DNA of 64,000 nt, from NCBI GenBank assembly GCA_030390025.1, contig CM059450.1, positions 930,001-994,000 of the forward strand, read 5' to 3'. The DNA is from Squalus acanthias. Lineage: Eukaryota. This document shows positions 36,262 through 47,040 of the stretch, one piece after another. Position numbers and translations under genes: made by a program. The notes beneath the pieces are model-generated. The model searched no databases. It had not been told where the DNA came from and saw nothing but the letters and a program-made list of their open reading frames with translations. The first letter of the stretch is position 1. Every line of letters starts with the position of its first letter.

Positions 36262-36940
36262 ATTAAAGCGTCTTAAAGGAGGAAAGAGAGGAGAGTTTTA
36301 TGGAGGGAATTCCAGAGCTTGGGACCTAGGCAACAGAAGGCACAGCCACCAATGGTTGAGTGATTAAAATCAGGGATGCTCAGGAGTGCTTAATTAGAGG
36401 AGCGCAGTTATCACGGGGGTTGTGGGGCTGAAGGAGATTACAGAGATGGGGAGGGGCGAGGCCATACAGGGATTTGAAAACCAGGATGAGAATTTTGAAA
36501 TCGAGGCGTTGTTTAACCGGGAGTCAATGTAGATCAGCGAGCACAGGGGTGATGGGTGAACGGGACTTGGTGCGAGTTAAGACACGGACAGCAGAGTTTT
36601 GGATGACCTCAAGTTTACGTAGGGTAGAACGTGGGAGGCCAGCCAGGAGTGCATTGGAATAGTCCAATCTAGAGGTAACAAAGGCATGGATAAGAGTTTC
36701 AGCAGCAGATGAGCTGAGGCAGTGGTGGAGACGGGCGATGTTACGGAGGTGGAAATAGGCGGTCTTAGATATGCCATGGATATGTGGTTGGAAGCTCATT
36801 TCAGGGTCAAATATGACACCAATGTTGCTAACAGTGTGGTTCAGCCACAGACAGATGTTAGGAAGGATATGGAGTCAGTGGCTAGGGAACGGAGTTTGTG
36901 GCGGGGACCAAAAACAATGGCTTTGGTCTTCCCAATATTT
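36262..36940 (-). mobile_element. L2-clade LINE fragment
   Basis: ORF 36524..36799 KTAYFHLRNIARL...AETLIHAFVTSRLDYSNALLAGLP. Confidence 0.8.
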
Positions 36941-37179
36941 ATTGAAGCTTTGAAGATGACACAAATCCACCAGAGTTTCACTGAATGAACAAAACTTTGT
37001 TATTGAAATAGTATACCACATCAGCCTGTAAAATGCAAGGAGCTTCAGGTTCACTGTGGCAGGATTATGGAGCAATATAACAGTAGATTAAACCAAACAT
37101 ACTGTAAGAATATTCTTTAGTTTCATTCTTCCTGATTCACTTTTTTCTCCCCTTCCATTATACACCTGCTCATTTAAAA

Positions 37180-37366
37180 AGAAAGACTTGCATTTCTATA
37201 GCGCCTTTCATGACCTCAGGATGTCCCAAAGCGCTTTACAGCCAATGAAGTACTTTTGAAGTGTAGTCACTGTTGCAATGTAGGAAATGCGGCAGCCAAT
37301 TTTACGCACAGCAAGCTCCCACAAACAGTAATGTGATAATGACCAGATAATTTTAGTGATGTTGGT
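37180..37366 (-). mobile_element. SINE 3' half (same family as 18598-20502)
   Basis: gaaagacttgcatttctatagcgcctttcatgacctcaggatgtcccaaagcgctttacagccaatgaagtac. Confidence 0.8.
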
Positions 37367-40300
37367 TCACCCTGAATGGTGGGACAGTCTGTTCAATAGC
37401 CTTGTTCAAGACACTATTAATGCTGTTCCATAATAACCCAGTGTAGTGGGCCTTGTTTACTAAGAAAACTTAATTTAAAAAAATAGTTTTTCTAAAGTAA
37501 AAAGAGTTCTGTACTTCTCTGATAAAGTGTCTGAGTATGATCAAATGCCATCAATGAATTTTTTAAATTCATTCATGGGATGTGGGCTTCGCTGGCAAGG
37601 CCAGCATTTATTGCCCATCCCTAATTGCCCTTGAGAAGGTGGTGGTGAGCCGCCTTCTTGAACCGCTGCAGTCCATGAGGTGAATGTACTCCCACAGTGC
37701 CGTTAGGGAGGGAGTTCCAGGATTTTGACCCAGCGACGATGAAGTAAAGACTATATATTTACAAGTCAGAATGGTGTGCAACTTGAAGGGGAACTTGCAG
37801 GTGATAGTTTTCCCATGCAGCTGCTGCCCTTGTCCTTCTGGGTGGTAGAGGTTGCGGGTTTGGGAGGTGCTGTCGAAGAAGCCTTGGTGAGTTGCTGCAG
37901 TGCATCTTGTAGATGGTACACACTGCAGCCACGGTGCGCCGGTGGTGGAAGGAGTGAATGTTTAAGGTGGTGAATGAGGTGCCAGTCAAGCGGGCTGCTT
38001 TGCCCTGGATGGTGTCAAGCTTCTTGAGTGTTGTTGGAGCCGCACTCATCCAGGCAAGTGGAGAGTATTCCATCACACTCCTGATTTGTGCCTTGTAGAT
38101 GGTGGAAAGGCTTTGGGGAGTCAAGAGGTGAGTCACTTGCCGCAGAATACCCAGCCTCTGACCTGCCCTTGTAGCCACAGTATTTATGTGGCTGGTCCAG
38201 TTAGGTTTCTGGTCAATGGTGACCCCCCTGGGATGTTGAGGGTGGGGGATTTGGCGATGGTAATCCCGTTGAATGTCAAGGGGAGGTGGCTAGATTCTCT
38301 CTTGTTGGAGATGGTCATTGCCTGGCAATTGTATGGCGCAATTGTTACTTGCCACTTATCAACCCATGCCTGAATGTTGTCCAGGTCTTGCTGCATGCGG
38401 GCACGGATTGCTTCATTATCTGAGGAGTTGCGAATGGAACTGAACACTGTGCAACCATCAGCGAACTTCCCCACTTCTGACCTTATGATGAGGGAAGGTC
38501 ATTGATGAAGCAGCTGAAGATAGTTGGGCCTCGGACACTGCCCTGAGGAACTCCTGCAGCGATATCCTGGGGCTGAGATGACTGGCCTCCAACAACCACA
38601 ACCATCTTCCTTTGTGCTAGGTATGACTCCAGCCAGTGGAGAGCTTTCCCCCAGATTCCCATTGTCTTCAATTTTACTTGGGCTCCTTGATGCCACACTC
38701 AGTCAAATGCTGCCTTGATGTCGAGGGCAGTAACTCTCACCTCGCCTCTAGAATTCAACTCTTTTGTTCATGTTTGGACCAAGTCTGTAATGAGGTCTGG
38801 AGCCGAGTGGTCCTGGCAGAACCCAAACTGAGCATTGGAGAGCAGGTTATTGGTGAGTAAGTGCCGCGTAATAGCATTGACGACGACACCTTCCATCATT
38901 TTGCTGATCATTGAGAGTAGGCTGATGGGACATAAGAACATAAGAAATAGGAGCAGGAGTAGGTCATTTGGCCCATCGAGCCTGCTCCGCCATTCAATAA
39001 GATCATGGCTGATTTTCTACCTCACCTCCACTTTCCTGAACTATCCCCATATCCCTTGATTCCCTTAATATTCAAAAATCTATCGATCTCTGTCTTGAAT
39101 ATACTCAACGACTGAGCCTCACAGCCCTCTAGGGTAGAGAATTCCAAAGATTCGCCACCCTCTGAATGAAGAAATTTCTCCTCATCTCAGTCCTAAATGG
39201 CCAACCCCTTATTCTGAGACTGTGATCCCTGGTTCTAGACTCCCCAGCCAGGGGAAACATCCTCCCTGCATCTACCCTGTCAAGCCCTGTAAGAATTTTG
39301 TATGTTTCAATTAGATCACCTCTCATTCTTCTAAATTCTAGAGAATATAGGCCTAGTCTACGCAATCTGTCCTCATAGGACAATCCCCCCATCCCAGGAA
39401 CCAGTCTGGTGAACCTTCGTTGCACTCCCTCTATGGCAAGTATATCCTTCCTTAGGTAAGGAGACCAAAACTGTACACAATACTCCAGGTGTGGTCTCAC
39501 CAGGGCCCTATATAATTGCAGTAAGACGTCTTTACTCTTGTACTCAAATCCTCTTGTAATAAAGGCCAACATACCATTTGCTTTCCTAATTGCTTGCTGT
39601 ACCTGCATGTTAACTTTCAGCGATTCGTGTACAAGGACACCCAGGTCCCTCTGAACACCAACATTTCCCAATCTCTCACCATTTAAAAAATACTCTGCTT
39701 TTCTATTTTTCCTACCAAAGTGGATAACTTCACATTTCTCCACATAATATTCCATTTGCCATGTTCTTGCCCACTCACTTAGCTTGTCTATATCCCCTTG
39801 AAGCCTCCTTGCATCCTCCTCACAACTTATATTCCCACCCAGCTTTGTATCATCAGCAAACTTGGATATATTACATTTGGTCCCCTCATCCAAATCATTG
39901 ATAGAGATTATGAATAGCTGAGACCCAAGCACTGATCCTTGCGGTACCCCACTAGTTACAGCCTGCCAACCCGAAAATGACCCATTTATTCCTAATCTAT
40001 CTGATAGTTACAACCTCAAAAAACTCCAACAGGTTTGTCAAACACGATTTCCCTTTCATAAATCGTGTTGACTCTGCCCAATCCTATTATTATTTTTGAA
40101 GTGCCCTGTTACCACGTCCTTAATAATATATTCTAGCATTTTCCCTACTACTGATGTCAGGCTAACTGGTCTGTAGTTCCCCGTTTTCTCTCTCCCTCCT
40201 TTCTTAAATAGTGGGGTTACATTTGCTACCTTCCAATCTGTGGGAACCGTTCTAGAATCTATGGAATTTTGGAAAATGACAATCAATGCATCCACTATCT

Positions 40301-40499
40301 CAATAGCCAACTCTTTCAAAACCCTAGGATGTAGGCCATCAGGTCCTGGGGATTTATCGGCTTTCAGTCCCATTAATTTCTCCAGTACTACTTTTTTACT
40401 AATACTAATATCTTTCAGTTCCTCATTCTCGCTAGACCCTTGGTTCTCCACTATTTCCAGGAAGTTTTTTGCGTCTTCTTCTGTGAAGACAGACACTGT

Positions 40500-43265
40500 G
40501 GCTGCGAATTTCCCAGCGGAGGCAGGTTGGAGTCGGGTTGCGTGGTCGGCGGCTTCCGGTTGCCGTCGCCCAGTCCGTGAAATTTTACCTTGATTGGCCT
40601 CGTTACGGCCGACGTGTGGATCCCTCCAGGTAATTGCTTGGAGCATGTCAGATGCTCGCGTCTAATGACGCGTTGTTTCAGTGAAGATTTAAAGGAGCCA
40701 TGTCCCCTTTGCAGAAGCATTAGCTTTTTTCTCTCAGAAAAGCTGGCTGCTGCAGGAATGGCAGCGCAACAAACTAGGGCTGCACCCATGTTCGATGAGG
40801 GCTCCCTCCATGCTCTTGTGGAGGGAGTTAGAGGACGTCAGGAGGTCCTCTTCCCTGGAAACGGAAGGAGGAGGCCTCCTCAGCAAACCAAGGCAGCTTG
40901 GCTGCAAATTGCTGAGGAGGTGAGTTCGAGGTCTGTGTGCAGACGCACATGGGTTCAGTGTCAAAAAAGGTTCAATGATCTGCTGAGTTCAGCTAAAGTG
41001 AGTATAACATCACACTTACCTTCAATCTGCCTTCCATCACTTATCATCCCCATCAATCTGCATTGGGAACCTTCCCCTGCACATCCAAACTCACTCTAAC
41101 ATCCCTTGCACCCTCACCCATCCCTCTCTTTCTCTACAGAATCACGTCCCCATCTTGATATGCAACACTCACACCCTTATGCAATGCCTACAACTTAAAA
41201 TGCACCGGGAAGGAAGATGGTTAGTGCACCGGGAAGGAAGATGGTTAGTGCACCTCACTCCTTCACAGTCTGCCTCTAAACATCTATGTCATGCATTCTT
41301 AACACTCACTCCATCAGTCTCCCTCAAACTCCACTTGTATCCCTCACTACAGGAGAAGAGAGCCCACAATAAAAGGGGGAGGACAGGAGGAGGACCACCA
41401 TCCCTGGCTCACCTTACGAGTGCTGAGGAGGCAGCCCTGGAGATCGCTGGAGGTGCAGAGGAGTTGGCAGTGGGGGACGGAAAGACGGGCATGGAACAGC
41501 AAGCTGGTGAGAGAATTGATTTAGCAATCATGAGTGACTAATATGGGATATGATGTTCATAGAGAATGAGTACTGAGCATCTGCACAATGGCATGTATCT
41601 GCAACCTACATTTCACTTGTCTAACTCATGCATTTACTCCCCAACAGGACCATCGAGAGCCCCTCTCCCCCACTGTACAGGAGGAAGAGCAGGAGCCTCC
41701 AGCCTCTGAGGGAGCAGCGTCACCAGCACTCAGTGCACCCAGCACCAGCACAGAGACGCACACCTCGGTGGGTTTTGTGCGAGATAGAGTAGTGTTGTCA
41801 CCTGATTTATCACAGCTCACAGGTGAGCAGGAGCAGATGTTGGAGGCAGGGACAGCAGTGGAGAGTCTTCGTCGGAGGACGCTGGGCTCTGCTCTGCTCA
41901 GCTGCATGTAGACGCTGAGCCTCTGGGGCCATCCAGAAGGAGAGCCATGCTGGAGCTTCAGGAACAAGTGCAGGAGGTTCTGAGTGGGTTTTTTTCCACG
42001 GTAACTGCGAGTGTGCAGAGAATGGAGGAGCCCATGCTAAACATGAGCAATGCCGTGGTGAACGCTATGGGCAATATAGGTGCTGCAATGGAAAGGATGG
42101 CAACCTCCATGGAGCACATAAATCTCCAGACTCAGGAGAAAAAGGTAACACTTCTAAATAGATGGTCATCCATGGAGGATAGATGGGCATCTATTGAGGA
42201 GAGAAGCCAGAGGTTCATGGACGTCCTTGTCATGAGGAATGTCAGTACAGTGACGGGTCCACATGGCCACACCGATGTGCAGCAAGGTGCTCTCCAGCAA
42301 CTTGCTAGCAGTGAAGTGCGGGTGACCCATGAGAGGGACGGTGATGTACGAGCATAAGGAAGTGGGGGCTCCTCTCCAAGCGCTCACACTCCCTTGCCAC
42401 TGCCGAGCCCTCGGTCAGAGCCCCATCTGCCTGAGGCAACAGGAATGGCCGAGTCTGCCCCTGCACAGCCACAGGAGGAGCAGACTTTGGCGGGGCCCTC
42501 GAAGGCTCCCAAAACCAGAGGACGGCCGCCAAAAGCATCTAAGCAGGAGCAGCAGGGAAGTGAGCAGCCTGCCGCCACATCTGCTGAACCCACAGGGGTC
42601 TCACAACGTAGAAGCACGCACAAGAGAAAGATGTCACGTTAGTTACCACAAGGATTCTCACTTGGGTGGTATGATATAATTATTTGAAAAGTTTCTGTTC
42701 ATAGCGATTTTTGTAATAAATTTATGTTGAACCAAGGTTTGGCATCGTTGTGGTGACAACTTGAGGTGGTACAGTTCAGGGTAAGTGCGCCTTTAAAATC
42801 CAGCAATGCTGGTTAGAGTACATCTATAGTGCCCAACACAGACTTGCAGCCTAAAAACAGAATACGCCCCCCAAATGACTCAATCACCAAGCTTAGAGAT
42901 TTCTAAATGACTAGATTGAAGACTGCAGCTTTTACACTGCACTTGCAGCTCTGAAGTCTGCAGCTAGCTGGTGTTCACGCCACACTTAATTGGCGTGTTG
43001 TCCGAACGTCGTGAAACCCGAGCCAGCAGCTGGAAATTCCAAAAAAAACTGAAAATTGCTCACAAGTACCTGTTTATAGGCAGTTAATTGCCTTTAATCC
43101 CTTTCCTGCCGCTTGGTGTCGGGTCCATTTGCAAATCGGGGACCCGTCACTCAGGAAGTGTGGAGGCGGGATGACGGCGGGTCCGGAACCCGCCGTCAAT
43201 CATAACGACTTTAACCTCTGACCCACCTCCAAGCCCGCCCTCTGAGCGCCGGCAAATTCGCGGTC
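40500..43265. mobile_element. Non-autonomous Harbinger with the Myb/SANT-like gene but no transposase
   Basis: Imperfect TIRs ggctgcgaatttcccagcg / cgccggcaaattcgcggtc. The CR1 sequence ...gacagacac|aaagtatttg rejoins across it. Same right subterminal hairpin as the 10502-14711 element. Confidence 0.85.
40758..42642 (+). pseudogene. Second Myb/SANT-like gene copy, exons 40758-40997, 41353-41506, 41648-42642
   Basis: MAAQQTRAAPMFDEGSLHALVEGV...WLQIAEEV...RTWVQCQKRFNDLLSSAK|gtgagt; cag|EKRAHNKRGRTGGGPP...g|gtgaga; exon 3 has frameshifts and a stop; ends RRSTHKRKMSR. Confidence 0.8.
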
Positions 43266-45860
43266 AAAGTATTTGTTTAATTTCTCTGCCATTTCCTTAT
43301 TCCCCATTATAATTTCTCCTGTCTCAGCCTGTAAGGGACCCACATTTACTTTCGCTAATCTTTTCCTTTTTACATACCTATAGAAGCTTTTACAGTCTGT
43401 TTTTATGTCCCTCGACAGTTTACTCTCATATTCTATTTTCCCTTTCTTTATCAATTTCTTGGTCCTCCTTTGCTGAATTCTAAAATCCTCCCAATCCTCA
43501 GGCTTACTGCTCTTTTTGACAACATTATAAGCCTCTTCCTTTGATCTAATACTATCTTTAACTTCTCTTGTTAGCCACGGTTGGATCACTTTTCCTGTGG
43601 GGTTTTTGTGCCTTAAAGGAATGTATATTTGTTGTAAATTATTTATTCATTCTTTAAATGCTAGCCATTGCTCGTCCACTGTCATACCTTTTTAATGTAG
43701 TTTCCCAATCTACCTTAGCTAACTCGCCCCTCGTACCTACATAGTTTGCTTTGTTTAGATTTAAGACCCTAGTTTCGGATTTAACTAAGTCACTTTCAAA
43801 CTCAATATCAAATTCTATTATATTATGGTCACTCTTCCCTAAAGGCCCCTTTACTACAAGGTTATTAATTAACCCTTTCTCGTTGCACAATACTAGATCT
43901 AAAATAGCCTGTTCCCTAGTTGGTTCCTCAACATACTGATCTAGAAAACTATCTTGCATACATTTCATGAATTCGTCCTCCACACTATTATTGCAAATTT
44001 GGTTTGCCCAGTCTATATGTAGATCAAAGTCCCCCATGATTACTGTATTACCCTTGTTACATGCGCCTCTAATTTCCTGATTTATACTCTGTTCTACATT
44101 ACAACTACTGTTTGGGGCCTATAAACAACTCCCACCAATGTTTTCTGCCCCTTGCTGTTTCTTAGCTCCACCCAAACGGATTCTACTTCTTGATTTTCGG
44201 AGCTAAGATCCTTTCTCTCTACTGTCTTTGTCCCATCTTTTATTATCAGGGCTACCGCTCCTCCTTTTCCATTTTCCCTATCCCTTCTAAAAGTTATGTA
44301 TCCTGGAATATTTCGTTCCCAACCTTGGCCACTTTGCAACCACATCTCTGTTATGGCTATTGGATCAAACCTATTAATTTCTATCTGCGCTATTAATTCA
44401 TCTATTTTGTTGCGAATGCTTTGTGCATTCAGATATAATGCCTTTAGCTTTGACTTATTTCTCTTTTTCCCTGATGTCACCTTAGTCACTGATGCCTTAT
44501 TACCTTTGTTACTCACTCTGTCCCTTCCTGACTCACTCTGCTTATTTTTACCAAAAACTCTACTCTGCTCTAGAGCCTTGACATTTCTCTTGCTGCTTTT
44601 AAATTTACTCTTTCCTGAATCCTCCCGCCCCCTCTTCATTAGTTTAAAGCCCTGTCTACTGCCCTAGTTATTCGGTTCGCCAGGACACTGGTCCCAGCCC
44701 GGTTTGAGTGGAGCCCATCACAACGGAACAGCTCCCTCTTTCCCCAGTACTGGTGCCAGTGCCCCATGAACCAAAACCCCTTCCTCCCACACCACTCTTT
44801 GAGCCACACATGTAAACCTCTAATCTGTTTGAATCAATTTGCATATGGCTCAGGTAACAATCCAGAGATTATTACCTTTTGAGGTTCTGCTTTTTAATTT
44901 GGATCCTAGCTCCTCAAACTCCCTCAGCAGAATCTCATTCCTAGCTCTACCTATGCCGTTGGTTCCCACGTGGACCATGACAACTGGATCCGCCCCCTCC
45001 CACTCCTACTCCAAGTTCTTCTCCAGCCGCGAGGAGATGTCTTTAACCCTGGCTGCAGAGAACAGTATCTATCCCCCTGACTATACTGTCCCCTACCACT
45101 ATATTCCCTTTCACTCCCCCCACTTGAATGGCCTCCTGCACCAGGGTGCCATGGTCAGCCTGCTCATCCATCCTATAGGCTTTTCCCTCATCCACACAGG
45201 CAGCAAGAACCTCATACCTGTTGGACAAGGGCAAACACTGAGGCTCCTCCAGCACTGCACCTGGGGTCCCCTTACCTTCCTGAGTTGCAGTCACACCCTC
45301 CTGTCACTGACAACTAACCAGACCTGTACCACTACCTAACCTAAGGGGTGTGACTGCCTCCTGGATCAAAGTGTCCAGGTAACTCTCCCCATCCCTGATG
45401 CCCCGCAATGTCTGCACCTCAGACTCCAGCTCAAAAGCTCTGAGCTGAAGTTCCTCAAGATGTAGGCACTTACTGCAAATGTAGTTGCCCGGGATCACAA
45501 TGCTCTCCACAAACTTCCACATGCTGCAGTTGCGGCACACCGCCTGCACTGCCATCCCTATATGACCTTGATTTATTTAATGAAATTTAATTAAATTTGT
45601 AATTAGGTAACTTAGTTTACAGTGTAGTTTCCTGACTACTTACTTGATCTCGATTAAGTTAAGGGTACTGCAATTAAATATCTACCTGTAACACAAAGTA
45701 AAGACAGTAATTGGCCGGATTGGATTGGTCCTCCTTTTTGTGGACAGGACATACCTGGGCAGTTTTCCACTTTGTCAGGTAGATGCCACTGTTGTAGCTA
45801 TACTGGAACAGCTTGGCTAGAGGCACAGCTAGTTCTGGAGCACAAGTCTTTAGCACTACA

Positions 45861-46950
45861 GCAGCGAGAGCGGACTGACCTGTGAGGGAACAGGCGAAGG
45901 AGGAGCGAGGAAATAAAGCCCAAGGCTCGAGGCCCAGACCAAGCTATTGGGAGCAGCAGCGAGAGCGGACCGACCTGTGAGGGAACTGGCAAAAACAGGA
46001 AGGCAGATTATTATCTGAACGGCAATAGATTGGGAAAAGGGGAAGTGCAACGACACCTGGGTGTCCTTGTGCACCAGTCGCTGAAGGTAAGCATGCAGGT
46101 GCAGCAGGCGGTTAAGAAGGCAAATGGTATGTTGGCCTTCATAGCGAGAGGATTCGAGTACAGTAGCAAGGATGTCTTGCTGCAGTTGTACAGGGCCTTG
46201 GTGAGACCACACCTTGAGTATTGTGTGCAGTTTTGGTCGCCTTATCTGAGGAAGGATGTTCTTGCCATGGAGGGAGTGCAGCGAAGATTCACCAGACTGA
46301 TACCTGGGATGGCAGGAATGATGTTTGAAGAGAGATTGGGTCGATTGGGCTTATATTCGCTAGAGTTTAGAAGAATGAGAGGGGATCTCATTGAAACTTA
46401 TAAAATTCTAACAGGACTAGACAGACTAGATGCAGGAAGGATGTTCCCGATGGCCGGGGAGTCCAGAACCAGGGGTCACAGTCTAAGGATAAGGGGTAAG
46501 CCATTTAGGACTGAGATGAGGAGAAATTTCTTCACCCAGAGAGTGGTGAACCTGTGGAATTCTCTACCACAGAAGGCAGTTGAGGCCAATTCATTAAATA
46601 TATTCAAGAAGGAGTTAGATATATTTCTTAAGGCTAAAGGGATCAAGGGATATGAGGAGAAAGCAGGGACAGGGTACTGAATTTGGATGATCAGCCATGA
46701 TCTCATTAAATGGCGGAACAGGCTCGAGGGGCCGAATGGCCTACTCCTGCTCCTATCTTCTATGTTTCTATGGAACAGGCGAAGGAGGAGCGAGAAAATA
46801 AAGCCCGAGGATCGAGGCCCTGACCGAGCTATTGGGAGCAGCGAGAGCGGACCGACCTGTGAGGGAACAGGCAAAGGAGGAGCGAGGAAATAAAGCCCGA
46901 GGCTCGAGGCCCAGACTGAGCTATTGGGAGCAGCAGCGAGAGCAGACCAA
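45861..46950 (+). repeat. ~95-bp tandem monomer array (about 3.3 units), split by a CR1 fragment
   Basis: Unit gcagcgagagcggac(t/c)gacctgtgagggaacaggcgaaggaggagcgaggaaataaagccc(a/g)aggctcgaggcccagacc(a/g)agctattgggagca at 45861, 45956 (split), and ~46838 onward. Confidence 0.9.
45987..46771 (+). mobile_element. 5'-truncated CR1 inserted into the monomer array
   Basis: ORF 46030..46680 (LVRPHLEYCVQFWSP...GHSLRIRG); CR1 tail ctatgtttctat; direct repeat ggaac at 45982-45986 and 46772-46776. Confidence 0.9.
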
Positions 46951-46988
46951 AACAGGCAACATTCGAAAGTGACATCTGAGATTAAAAG

Positions 46989-47040
46989 TGACGTCAGCAC
47001 AAGGGAAGGAGCTGATTGGTAAGTAGGACCTGGTGAGTAT
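46989..47040 (+). promoter_or_regulatory. CRE palindrome, inverted CCAAT box and splice-donor motifs in the CR1 5' UTR
   Basis: tgacgtca (46989-46996), then gctgattgg, gtaagt and gtgagt. The same module appears on the minus strand at ~9820-9858 in copy A. Confidence 0.45.

Larger units (their letters stand above)
38933..45702 (-). mobile_element. Near full-length CR1 LINE (copy C), interrupted by a Harbinger derivative
   Basis: ORF1 pieces 45304..45555 (CxxC/CxxC) and 45043..45294 (VVGDSIVRG). APE 44094..44639 and 43654..44037; RT 43200..43589, 40056..40496 and 39129..39932. Flanked by gaca/gaca; internal deletion near 40000. Confidence 0.9.

Noticed and set aside
45861-46950. Repeat array that might look CRISPR-like
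   Set aside because: Units are contiguous ~95-bp tandem copies with no unique spacers, the only interruption is a CR1 fragment, and the context is vertebrate with no cas genes.
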